This document shows positions 1 through 9,004 of a DNA stretch of 64,000 nucleotides, piece after piece. The DNA comes from an uncultured Verrucomicrobiae bacterium. GTDB taxonomy: Bacteria > Verrucomicrobiota > Verrucomicrobiia > Chthoniobacterales > UBA10450. The number at the start of each line of letters is the position of its first letter. Positions within the stretch are counted from its first letter, which is position 1. Made by a program: the position numbers and the translations under genes. The notes below the pieces were generated by a model. The model ran no database searches, was not told the origin of the DNA, and saw only the letters and a list, made by a program, of their open reading frames with translations. The stretch is taken from the NCBI GenBank assembly GCA_963834385.1, contig CAWIBO010000002.1, positions 1,088,001 to 1,152,000 on the forward strand. The letters run 5' to 3'.

Positions 1-477
1 CGTTTTGTTCCGGCGACCTACAAGGGGACACCGGTGCCGACGCAGTACTTCGGGACCGCTCTTATCTTCACGGCCGGTGGCAAGCCGCGGCTGCGCATTT
101 TCTCGAACAACAACCTCGAAGACGTGAAGAGCCAGGCTGATTTTATCGCGCCGCAACTCATCCTGGGCACCAGCGACTGGAACACAGCCAAGCACATGAT
201 GGAGAGCGCCCGGACCATCCTGCGCAGCGGCACCTGCGAAGTGGCGATCACGGTGGACACGGAAGGCTTCGTCAAGGGGATCAAAGTCCTGAACGAGAAT
301 CCTTCCGGTTACCGCTTCGGCGAAGCCACGGTGAAGGAGATGGAGAAGGCGCGCTTTATTCCCGGGTTCCGCAATGGGCGACCGGTCAACAGCACCTTCG
401 TTTACACCCAGCTCCTGCGCGCCTCGGTGGTGGAATTCGAGCAGCCGATGCACGGCTCGCTGCTGCCGCCGCGCTAG
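1..477 (+). CDS. TonB C-terminal domain protein (5' truncated by window), probably with tandem TonB_C domains
   Basis: Frame open from base 1 (RFVPATYKGTPV...). TonB_C-like segment VAITVDTEGFVKGIKVL...FGEATVKEMEKARFIPGFRNGRPV. Confidence 0.7.
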   Translation, partial: RFVPATYKGTPVPTQYFGTALIFTAGGKPRLRIFSNNNLEDVKSQADFIAPQLILGTSDWNTAKHMMESARTILRSGTCEVAITVDTEGFVKGIKVLNENPSGYRFGEATVKEMEKARFIPGFRNGRPVNSTFVYTQLLRASVVEFEQPMHGSLLPPR

Positions 478-499
478 CGACGGCCCGCCCGGGATTGCC

Positions 500-1183
500 T
501 TACTGCCGCGTCGTGACCGAGAGCGGCTCGGCCGTCTCCAGGTTTTTTACCACGGTGCTGAGGTAGACGGATTCCGGGTAGAGGGTCTTGTACTTGGTGA
601 TCTCGGCCCGGTTCATGACCTTGAAGCCGTAACGCTCGAACATCCGCTCGCCTCGCCGACTCTCGAAGGTGACGATCTGGCCGTAGACCTGTTTCTCGCC
701 GCAGCGATAAAGGTAGGAAAGAAAGTCGCTCATGAGCGCGCGGGTTGTTTCCATCTTCCGCGCGTCTGGCAGCAGGTTGATGTGAAAATGCGGGGTGCGC
801 CTGGGCGCGGCCGGGACCTCGCGCCAGCCGTTCATCACGATCCAGCGGATGAACCGCCGCGAACGCTCGCTGTAGCGGGGAAACCTGAGCAGGGCCCGCA
901 GCGTCAGGCAGACGTTCTGATAAAAGGAATAGAGCTGGTTCAGGAACGGTTTACGGCAGCCGAGCAGGTAGCCGCGCAGGTCGCCTTCCTTCTCGATGAC
1001 AAAGGAGGATTCGGGCTCGTGGTCGGTGTAATAGGTCGTGAGGAAATCGGCAAAGAGTTCCCGGTCCTCGTAAACGGGGTCGATCGGTTCCCCGAGAAAC
1101 CCGGTCTCGCAGCAAAGACGCCGGACCGCTTCCCGGTCGGAAGCGCGGTAGGGACGGATGATAAACGGATGCTCGGACTTCAA
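500..1183 (-). CDS. GNAT family acetyltransferase
   Basis: IRPYRASDREAVRRLCCETG at N-terminus; HFHINLLPDARK motif A region; MFERYGF motif B. Confidence 0.75.
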   Translation of the reverse strand: MKSEHPFIIRPYRASDREAVRRLCCETGFLGEPIDPVYEDRELFADFLTTYYTDHEPESSFVIEKEGDLRGYLLGCRKPFLNQLYSFYQNVCLTLRALLRFPRYSERSRRFIRWIVMNGWREVPAAPRRTPHFHINLLPDARKMETTRALMSDFLSYLYRCGEKQVYGQIVTFESRRGERMFERYGFKVMNRAEITKYKTLYPESVYLSTVVKNLETAEPLSVTTRQ

Positions 1184-1194
1184 TCTTACCCCTT

Positions 1195-2358
1195 CTACCT
1201 CCCGCAGACCTCCCGGTAAACGGAAAACAAGCGCTCAAAGACAACCGGCCAGGCATAGCGATGCCCCACGCGGTCGGCCGCGGCCCGTCCCAGGGCGGGC
1301 AAATCCTGTTCCGCGATCCGGGCCACCGCCTCGGCCAGGTCCGCCGGGGTGTTGGCGGAAGCCCATGCCTCCTGTTCGTGGAGGATGATCCGATCCATGT
1401 AGCTGCCCCGAATCCCAACCACCGGCGTTCCGCAGGCCTGGCTTTCGAGCGTGACCAATCCGAACGTTTCCTGGATCCCGGGATGAACGAAGAGGTCAGC
1501 CGCGCGATAAAACTGCGCGAGCTCGGCGGAATCCCGGCTGTAGGGCACCCAGGTGATGGCTGCGCCGGCAGCAAGACGACGCCGAAGACGGTCGCGCTGC
1601 GCGCCCTCGCCCACCACGAGGAGATGGAAACGCCCGGGCGACCGTTCCGCGAGGAGATCAAAAGCCTCCAGCAGGGTCTGGAAGTTTTTTTCCGGGGCAA
1701 GCCGGCCAACATAGAGAAGAAGCAGACGGTCCGGCGGCACGGCCAGGCGCGCCCGCGTGGTTTCGGCATCATCCGGGCCGGGTTTAAAGAGACGGGTGTT
1801 CACCCCGAGATCGACTTCACGCACATTACGAACCCCCCACTGCGTGAGAAGGCGGGCCAGCGGCTCCGCGGGCACCAGGGTGGCGGCGAAGTGGTTGTAA
1901 AGCCGGACGACGTAACGGCGCGCGTGGTCCATGGCGAACTCGGTCGCGGTGCGCCCGAAAAATCTGGCGATGCGGCGCAGGTAGGCCTCGGGAAAATGGG
2001 AATGGTAGAACCCGATCACCGGGATGCGCAGGGCGCGCCCGGAGGCGATGGCCTTCCACGCGGTCTGGTAGGGATCGCCCACCTCGATCACGTCGGGGCG
2101 TTCGCGCTCGAAGACGCGTTCGACCGCCTGGAGGTTGAGCAGGGCGCGGTAACGCGACGTTCTCGAAATCAGCGGCGAATGGATTCGATAGATCCGTGAA
2201 CGCCCTTCCGTCGTCGTCTCCGTCCGTGCATCCGGGACAATCAGGACATGCTCGTCGCCGGGCCGGGCCTCCTGCAAATAGGCAATCTTCTCCTGCACAT
2301 AGCGTTTCACCCCGCCGCTCAGGGGCGAGTAAAACTGCGTCAGGTCGCAGATCTTCAA
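1195..2358 (-). CDS. Glycosyltransferase family 4 (GT-B)
   Basis: FYSPLSGGVKRY; LLYVGRLAPEKN; ETFGLVTLESQACGTPVV (EX7E). Confidence 0.9.
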   Translation of the reverse strand: MKICDLTQFYSPLSGGVKRYVQEKIAYLQEARPGDEHVLIVPDARTETTTEGRSRIYRIHSPLISRTSRYRALLNLQAVERVFERERPDVIEVGDPYQTAWKAIASGRALRIPVIGFYHSHFPEAYLRRIARFFGRTATEFAMDHARRYVVRLYNHFAATLVPAEPLARLLTQWGVRNVREVDLGVNTRLFKPGPDDAETTRARLAVPPDRLLLLYVGRLAPEKNFQTLLEAFDLLAERSPGRFHLLVVGEGAQRDRLRRRLAAGAAITWVPYSRDSAELAQFYRAADLFVHPGIQETFGLVTLESQACGTPVVGIRGSYMDRIILHEQEAWASANTPADLAEAVARIAEQDLPALGRAAADRVGHRYAWPVVFERLFSVYREVCGR

Positions 2359-2368
2359 GGCGTGGGCG

Positions 2369-3295
2369 TCAGGTCCCGGCGAGGCTGCTCAGGTAGCGTT
2401 CCGCCTCCATGGCGGCGGCGCAGCCCGAGCCCGCGGCCGTGATGGCCTGGCGGTATTCGCGGTCGGCCACGTCACCGGCAATGAACACCCCGGGGTGCTT
2501 GCTTCGGACAAGGTGTTTCGCGATGAGATAACCGTCCGGGTCGGTCTCGAGTTTCCCGCGATAAGCTTTCGTGTTCGGGTCATGCCCGATGGCGACAAAA
2601 ACGCAGGCGATCGGAAGTTCCCGTTCCTCATTGGTCTCGATGTCGCGCAGCATGACCGCGCGCATCTCGCCTTTCTCATCGGGGAGATACTTCGTCACCA
2701 CGGTGTTCCAGATCGGCTCGATCTTTTCGTGCGCCAGGACGCGCTCCGCCATGATGGGCGAGGCGCGCAGTTTATCCCGCCGGTGGATCAGGTAAACTTT
2801 CGAGGCAAATCGGGTCAAAAAGAGGGCCTCCTCGGCCGCGGAATCGCCGCCGCCGATCACGCAGACCGGCACATTCCGATAAAAGGCGCCGTCACAAGTG
2901 GCGCACGAGGTGAGGCCGTGCCCGATCAACTTCTGCTCGTGCTCGAGCCCGAGCCAGCGGGCGGAGGCGCCGCTGGCGATGATGAGCGCCTCCGTTTCCA
3001 CCCAGTCGTCATCGATCTTCAAGCGCAGGACCGGCGAAGAAGCGTCGAAATCCGTGGCCTCGGCATAAGAGAAGCGCGTGCCGAACTTCTCCGCCTGCGC
3101 ATGCATGTTCATGATCAGCTGTGGACCCTCGATCCCCTCGGGGAAGCCGGGAAAATTCTCGACCAGGGTGGTCGTGGAAAGCTGGCCACCGGGCTGGCTT
3201 CCCTCCAGGACAAGCGGCTTGAGATTGGCGCGTGCGGCGTAAATGGCAGCGGTCAGGCCGGCGCAGCCGCTCCCGACAATGATGACTTTTTCCAT
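2369..3295 (-). CDS. trxB: Thioredoxin reductase
   Basis: IIVGSGCAGLTAAIY, CATCDG redox motif, GGGDSAAEEA, YRQAITAAG. Confidence 0.96.
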   Translation of the reverse strand: MEKVIIVGSGCAGLTAAIYAARANLKPLVLEGSQPGGQLSTTTLVENFPGFPEGIEGPQLIMNMHAQAEKFGTRFSYAEATDFDASSPVLRLKIDDDWVETEALIIASGASARWLGLEHEQKLIGHGLTSCATCDGAFYRNVPVCVIGGGDSAAEEALFLTRFASKVYLIHRRDKLRASPIMAERVLAHEKIEPIWNTVVTKYLPDEKGEMRAVMLRDIETNEERELPIACVFVAIGHDPNTKAYRGKLETDPDGYLIAKHLVRSKHPGVFIAGDVADREYRQAITAAGSGCAAAMEAERYLSSLAGT

Positions 3296-3399
3296 GGGAC
3301 GGGCGGGACATTAGCACGAGGCGCGGGCTTCGTCGCGCGAGGCCCGGGCCCGCAAAATTCCGCAGCCTGGCGCGCATTTCCGACGTAAGGGAGAGCACC

Positions 3400-4236
3400 A
3401 TGCCGGAACTCGCCGAAGTGGAATGGTATCGCCGCCAATGGGATCCGGGCCTCGGTCAAACCGTGCGCCGGGTCGCATTGCATCGGAAAAAGCGGATCTT
3501 TCGCGGCACCGACACCGACGCGCTGGAAGAGCACCTGGCCGGCGCGCGTTTTCTCGCGTCCTCGGCCCGCGGCAAACGGATGCTTTTCGAGTTCAGCGGC
3601 CGCAACTGGCTCGGCCTGCACCTTGGCATGAGCGGGAAGCTGCGGACGGAGCCATCCGATTTCACACCGGAGAAACACGATCATCTCGTCCTGCAGTTCA
3701 GGAAGGTCGCCCTGGTTTTCCGCGATGCCCGGCTCTTCGGCCGCGTCCAATTTCATCACGGCCAGGAAGCGCCGCCGTGGTGGCCGGTGAGCGTGCCCGA
3801 AATCGGTTCGCGACAGTTTCGCCGCCCCTTCTTCGACGGTTTCCTGACGAGGCACGCCCGCGCCCCGATCAAGGCTGTGCTCCTGCGTCAGGAGGGATTC
3901 TCGGGGGTCGGAAACTGGATGGCCGACGAGATTCTGTGGCGTGCCGGGCTTTTCCCGGGAAGACCGTCCGGCAGTCTTCGCCCGGACGAACGGGCCCGGC
4001 TCTTTCGCGAAACCCGGTTTGTCGCCCGGGAAGCGCTGCGCACCATCGGCCGCAGCTTTGCCGATCCGCCCGCCACCTGGCTGATTCATCAACGCTGGAA
4101 ACCGGGGGGCCTCTGTCCAAAACACGGAACAACTCTGGCGCGAAGCACTATCGGGGGACGAACCACAGCCTGGTGTCCGCGGTGCCAGCCGCAACGCGCG
4201 CTCAGCGCTCGAGCGCGACGCGAAAAAGTGTCGTGA
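3400..4236 (+). CDS. mutM: Fpg/Nei family DNA glycosylase
   Basis: N-terminal MPELAEVE, LHLGMSG, GVGNWMADE H2TH motif, C-terminal zinc finger CPKH...CPRCQ. Confidence 0.88.
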   Translation: MPELAEVEWYRRQWDPGLGQTVRRVALHRKKRIFRGTDTDALEEHLAGARFLASSARGKRMLFEFSGRNWLGLHLGMSGKLRTEPSDFTPEKHDHLVLQFRKVALVFRDARLFGRVQFHHGQEAPPWWPVSVPEIGSRQFRRPFFDGFLTRHARAPIKAVLLRQEGFSGVGNWMADEILWRAGLFPGRPSGSLRPDERARLFRETRFVAREALRTIGRSFADPPATWLIHQRWKPGGLCPKHGTTLARSTIGGRTTAWCPRCQPQRALSARARREKVS

Positions 4237-4891
4237 TGATGCGGACGCCGGCGACGAGCGTGCCGCGCAGAGTGCCGGAAACCTTGGAAACGCCACCGGT
4301 CCGGCGGCGGTGATCCACCGGCACCTCGAGGATGCGGAGGCCGAGCCGGGCCGCGCGCATCTGCATCTCGATGTTCCAACCGAAATTCGGCTCGCGCATT
4401 TCCAATCGCCGCAGGGCCGGAAGGCTGATGGCGCGGAAGGGTCCCATGTCCGTGTAGCGGACGCCGGTGGTCAGCCGCATGAGAAACCCGGCAAAATAGC
4501 CGGCAAAGATCTGCTGGAAGTTCATGCTGCCTTTTTCGCGCCGGCCGCGGGTGCGCGAGCCGATGACAAAATCTTCGCGGTCATCGGCAATGGGTTGCAC
4601 CAGCCGGTCCATCTGCTCGGGACAATCGCTGCCGTCGCCATCGAGGAAGACCACAATCCCGGTTTCGGGCGGAAGAGCCGCGAGGCCGGCGAGGCAGGCC
4701 CGGCCGTAGCCACGCCGCGGCTCCGTGACGACGCGCGCTCCGGCTTCCCGGGCGCGAACGGCCGTTTCGTCGGTGCTGCCGTTGTCCGCCACAATGACCT
4801 CCAAAGGGATGCGGGTGGCGAGACAGGCGCGGACGACATCGCTGATCGGCTCCTGCTCGTTCAGCGCGGGAATGATCACGACCGTGTTCAT
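4202..4891 (-). CDS. Glycosyltransferase family 2 (DPM1-like)
   Basis: Start re-assigned to MNTVVIIPALNEQ (ATG overlaps mgtE stop); VADNGSTD, GYGRAC, FLDGDGSD, TDMGPFRAI. Confidence 0.9.
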   Translation of the reverse strand: MNTVVIIPALNEQEPISDVVRACLATRIPLEVIVADNGSTDETAVRAREAGARVVTEPRRGYGRACLAGLAALPPETGIVVFLDGDGSDCPEQMDRLVQPIADDREDFVIGSRTRGRREKGSMNFQQIFAGYFAGFLMRLTTGVRYTDMGPFRAISLPALRRLEMREPNFGWNIEMQMRAARLGLRILEVPVDHRRRTGGVSKVSGTLRGTLVAGVRIITTLFRVALER

Positions 4892-5868
4892 CGCAGGACG
4901 AGGGCGGCAATCCCGAAATAGAGCGCGAGGGCGACGATATCGGTAAGGGCGAGGGTGAGGGGCCCGGCCGAAATCTTCGGATCGAGTTTCCAGCGGTGGA
5001 GAAGCGAGGGAACGCCGAGACCGAAGAGACAGGCGACGATCAGCGAGAGGAGGATGCTGCTGCCGATGGCAAAGGCGGCGGCCGGCTGCTGTTTCCAGGC
5101 GATGATGACCAGCGCGACGATAAGGCCGCAGGCCGAACCGAGGAGAATCGCGGTGCTGACCTCCCGGCGGAACGCGCCCATGAACCATTCCCGGCTCACC
5201 CTCTGGGCCCGCAGCGCCTGGATGGTAAGGGTCATGGATTGCATGCTCACGCTTTCGTTAAGCCCGAGAAACAGGGTCAGAAAAAAGGCGATGATCAGGC
5301 TCCCGGCGAGGGTGGCCTCGAACAATCCGGCCAGCATCGCGCAAAACGTCCCGGCGGTGATGGTGACGAGAAGCCACGGGAGACGCAGCCGAAAGCGTTT
5401 CCAGGCCGAGGCGCCCCGCATTTCGCCCAAACGAAAACCAAGCGTCTCGAAAACCGCGCTTTGCGCCTCGGATTCCTCCGCCTCGAGCATCTCGGTGGTG
5501 AACAGGTTCACGTCGACCACGCCGACGACGCGCTGGTTCTCGTCCACCACCGGAAAGGCGAGAAATTTGTAGAGCACGAAAAATTCGCAGGCCTCGAGCA
5601 CACTGGCCCGCGCCGGGACGGCCACCACCCGTGGAATCATGATTTCCCGCACCAGCTTGTCCAGCGGCGCGGTCAGGAGGCGCCGGGTCGGGAGCACGCC
5701 CGCCAGCTTTTCCTCGTCATCGACCGCATAGAAATAAATGACCCGTTCGCCCACGCCTTCCGTGCGGATGCGATCGAGCGCCGCCTGCACGGTCATGCCG
5801 GTGTCGAGCAAGGGGAAATCCTTGCGCGCGTGGGTCACGACCGGCTCGTGAAAATTGAGCGGCGTCAT
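4888..5868 (-). CDS. mgtE: MgtE-family magnesium transporter (CBS pair plus membrane domain, no long N domain)
   Basis: CBS motifs YFYAVDDEEKLAGV and PVVDENQRVVGVV; RLPWLLV; KLDPKISAGPLTLALTD. Confidence 0.88.
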   Translation of the reverse strand: MTPLNFHEPVVTHARKDFPLLDTGMTVQAALDRIRTEGVGERVIYFYAVDDEEKLAGVLPTRRLLTAPLDKLVREIMIPRVVAVPARASVLEACEFFVLYKFLAFPVVDENQRVVGVVDVNLFTTEMLEAEESEAQSAVFETLGFRLGEMRGASAWKRFRLRLPWLLVTITAGTFCAMLAGLFEATLAGSLIIAFFLTLFLGLNESVSMQSMTLTIQALRAQRVSREWFMGAFRREVSTAILLGSACGLIVALVIIAWKQQPAAAFAIGSSILLSLIVACLFGLGVPSLLHRWKLDPKISAGPLTLALTDIVALALYFGIAALVLR

Positions 5869-7004
5869 GAGGCCGGGACCGCGGCGGCGCGGTGGACGAT
5901 TCCCTTTTTACGGAGGATATCAGCGGCTTCCGTGAAATAATCGCGCACATCGCCCTGCGATCGAATCCAGGAGAGATAACGCTCAATGCCCTCGCTCAGA
6001 TCGACCTGTGGCGTGTAGCCCGCCGCGCGAATCCGGTCCGTTCCACTGGTGAGATGACGCATTTCGCCGGGGCGAAACTCGCCGTTCACCTCCGGCGCGA
6101 TATCGATGCCCAGCGCGGCGGAGATCAGCCGGGCGACTTCGCGAATGGTCACGCCGCGGCCGCTGCCGACATTAACCGGGAGGCCATCGAGCCGGTCGGT
6201 GCTGGCGGCGAGGAGATTGGCGCGCGCGATATCTTCCACGTAGGAAAAATCGCGGGTTTGCCCGCCGTCCTCGTACAAGACCGGCGGCAGGTTGTTCAGG
6301 AGCCGCGTGCAGAAGATGGCAATCACGCCGGTGTAAGGATTGAAGATCGACTGGCGCGGACCGTAGGTGCAGGAGTAGCGGAGCGCGACGGTGGGAATCC
6401 CGACCTGCCGGCCCCAGAGCAGGACCAGTTTTTCCTGGTCGACCTTGGTCAGGCCGTAAACCGTCTCGCCGCCGGTCGGCGCTTCCTCCGGCGTGGGGAC
6501 GCTTTCGGTGGCGCGTCCACAGTGCGGGCAAGGGACGCTCCAGTCGCCGGTGCGCAGTTGTTCGACAGGACGCACCGGTGGAAAAACGAGGCCATGTTCG
6601 GGGCACCGTCCGGCGCCCTCGGCGTATACAGCCTGCGAACTGGCGACCACCACCTTGCGCACCGGGAGATTCTCGTCGCGAATGATCTCGAGCAGGAGCG
6701 CGGTCCCGAAAGAGTTCACGTGGACATATTTCGAGATGTCCGGCATGTAACCGCCGTAGGCCGCCTGATGGAAGACAACATCGATGTCGCGTAGCGCCTG
6801 CGTGAGGGCGGCACGATCGCGCATGTCCCCCTGGCTGAACTCGGCCTTCGGGTTGATCCAGGCCGGACAACCCTGCCGGTGCGTGTTGGGCTCAAGGTTA
6901 TCGAGCACCCGCACCTGCCAGCCTTCGCGGACGAGGAGGTCAGTAAGGTGCGAGCCAATCAGGCCCGCGCCGCCCGTGACCAGCGCCCGTTTTAACTTTT
7001 GCAC
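5865..7004 (-). CDS. NAD-dependent epimerase/dehydratase (extended SDR)
   Basis: ALVTGGAGLIGSH, YGLTK catalytic motif, YGPRQS, TRDFSYVED. Start GTG 7004 inferred. Confidence 0.9.
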   Translation of the reverse strand: MQKLKRALVTGGAGLIGSHLTDLLVREGWQVRVLDNLEPNTHRQGCPAWINPKAEFSQGDMRDRAALTQALRDIDVVFHQAAYGGYMPDISKYVHVNSFGTALLLEIIRDENLPVRKVVVASSQAVYAEGAGRCPEHGLVFPPVRPVEQLRTGDWSVPCPHCGRATESVPTPEEAPTGGETVYGLTKVDQEKLVLLWGRQVGIPTVALRYSCTYGPRQSIFNPYTGVIAIFCTRLLNNLPPVLYEDGGQTRDFSYVEDIARANLLAASTDRLDGLPVNVGSGRGVTIREVARLISAALGIDIAPEVNGEFRPGEMRHLTSGTDRIRAAGYTPQVDLSEGIERYLSWIRSQGDVRDYFTEAADILRKKGIVHRAAAVPAS

Positions 7005-7065
7005 CCTCTTTTGTAGCGGCGGCGGCCGGTTGTCGCAATGCCCGGCGCCCGGGGGATGCGGAGAT

Positions 7066-7156
7066 GAGGATGGAAGATCGAGGATGGAGAATGGCGAGCA
7101 CGCCATGCGCTTGGGAACAGCGGTCAGCCTTGCGGTCTGGATCCAAGATGGCTAGA
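7066..7156. repeat. Degenerate heptamer repeats (GAGGATG/GAAGATC/GAGAATG/CAAGATG)
   Basis: gaggatg gaagatc gaggatg gagaatg ... gatc caagatg in intergenic DNA. Confidence 0.6.
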
Positions 7157-7263
7157 ACACTTTCCATTCGCTCTCTGCGCCACCCCGCCCGTTCTCGCCC
7201 TTTGTTCTCGTCAGGCCGCACCGACCGTTCATGGGAGCTGAAAATCCGCACCTCGGTGTGAAG

Positions 7264-8043
7264 ATGATCCGACAACGCGTTATTGAGCAGCTTAGGCAAC
7301 AACAATGGCTCGCCGTCGGGATCGAGCTGCTGATTGTGATCGGGGGTGTCTTTATCGGCCTGCAGGCTTCCAACTGGAACCAGGATCGAGCAAGCGCGCG
7401 GCAGGGCGCGATTTTCGCCGAGCGCCTGAAGGGCGACCTGCGTCATGAGGACTGGGTTTACCAACTCCTGATCAGTTACAGTCGTCAGGTCCTGAAAAGC
7501 GCGGACGAGGCCGTAGGCGCGCTGGAGGGCAAAACATCGCTCTCGGACGAAGCCCTGCTGGTGAGCGCATATCGCGCCACGCAATACAAGCAACCGCTCC
7601 GTCGCCGTTCGACTTACGATGAGTTGATTTCCACGGGTACGATAGGCTTCATTCTGGATGAGAAGCTGCGCGACACGGCGATGCGCGCCTACAATCTGAC
7701 GACGATTGATAATATGGGGCGTGAGGGCCTATCCCGCTACCGCGAAGCTTTCCGGATGGCTTTGCCCAACGAAGTGCAGCGTGCGCTGGCAAAGAACTGC
7801 GGCGACCAATATATCGCGCCGGGAGACTACGGAGCCATTCCCAGCGTCCTCGATTATCCCTGCCGGCCCGAGCTAAGCGCGCAGGCCATCAGCGAATCCG
7901 CGCAGACGATCCGGTCCACTCCCACTCTCCTGCCGCTGCTCCGGCTGCGCATCGCCGATATGGAGACACGCATCGGCGATCTGACCAAAAACAATCGGAC
8001 CATTATGGATGACCTGCGTGCGCTGGCCAAGAAGAAGCAGTGA
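7264..8043 (+). CDS. Hypothetical membrane-anchored protein (N-terminal TM 'ELLIVIGGVFIGLQASNWN')
   Basis: Single TM followed by helical region; TYDELISTGTIGFI motif; visibly lower GC than flanks. Confidence 0.75.
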   Translation: MIRQRVIEQLRQQQWLAVGIELLIVIGGVFIGLQASNWNQDRASARQGAIFAERLKGDLRHEDWVYQLLISYSRQVLKSADEAVGALEGKTSLSDEALLVSAYRATQYKQPLRRRSTYDELISTGTIGFILDEKLRDTAMRAYNLTTIDNMGREGLSRYREAFRMALPNEVQRALAKNCGDQYIAPGDYGAIPSVLDYPCRPELSAQAISESAQTIRSTPTLLPLLRLRIADMETRIGDLTKNNRTIMDDLRALAKKKQ

Positions 8044-8090
8044 ACGCTCACACCCGTCCGCGGTCCCGAGGGACTGGATTTAGGCTGTGG

Positions 8091-8864
8091 TCAAGCGGGC
8101 CGGGCCCGGAGACCAAGCGCCGGCAACCGCTCCAGGAACCGGCGCGTCTCGGGCGCGGGAAAGCCCGCATTTTCGGAACAGGCAAAGTCGTCAATCAACC
8201 GGCGCAGGGTCGAATGATCGTCCACGTCGAACCAGGTCGGGAGCCGGTGGACGCGCAGGGAAAGCGCGGCGGCGCGTTGCACCGTCTGGGCCGTGACGGA
8301 TTCGGTGCTCCAATCGATCCCCTGAAAAAGGCCGGGGGAGGAACGCGACATCCCGACCAGGTAATAACCGCCGTCGTCAGACGGCCCGAGCACCACCTCC
8401 GCCGGATCACCACTTCTGAGCACGGTGACCGCTTCGCGATAGGCCGCCACGGGGACAGTGGGGCTGTCTGAATCAATCAGGCAGACGCTGGCAAAACCGA
8501 CGGAGAAAAGATCCTCCACCGCGTGAGTGAGCCGCTCCCCGAAATCGTCGCCGCGTTGCGGAAGGAGCAGGAAATCGGGCGGCAGGATCCCGGCGTAATC
8601 GCCTTCCGCGCCGGCCGGCGTATAGACCCCGACGCCCTGCGCGCAGCGACGTTCCTCCGCGAACGAGGCCCCGTGCAAAGCGGCCGCGGTATCGCGCAGA
8701 AAACAAATATTGAGGGCGGCGGCTTCCTCCCCGGTGAGCGGCGGCTGCAGGCGTGTCTTGACCGTTCCGGCGCGGGGCGCCTTGGTCATGATGGCCAGCG
8801 CACACAGTCCGGGCGTCACTTGGCTGGGACGACCCGGTTCCAGCAGGCGATGCGTCACAGTCAT
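8091..8864 (-). CDS. DUF2064/TIGR04282-type nucleotide-diphospho-sugar transferase-like protein
   Basis: IMTKAPRAGTVKTRL, QRGDDFGERL, LIDSDSPTVP, VLGPSDDGGYYLVG, DVDD. Confidence 0.88.
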   Translation of the reverse strand: MTVTHRLLEPGRPSQVTPGLCALAIMTKAPRAGTVKTRLQPPLTGEEAAALNICFLRDTAAALHGASFAEERRCAQGVGVYTPAGAEGDYAGILPPDFLLLPQRGDDFGERLTHAVEDLFSVGFASVCLIDSDSPTVPVAAYREAVTVLRSGDPAEVVLGPSDDGGYYLVGMSRSSPGLFQGIDWSTESVTAQTVQRAAALSLRVHRLPTWFDVDDHSTLRRLIDDFACSENAGFPAPETRRFLERLPALGLRARPA

Positions 8865-9004
8865 GCGCCTGCTCTCTGGGCCGGGCGCGAGAAGGCGTCA
8901 ACGCTTTTCGCAAACCGCATATTGGTAGCGCCCTCGTCTCCATCCCTGGTTCGCCGCCACCCCTGGGTGGGGATGTCGGATCTTTCAGGCGCGGGACCGA
9001 CGCG

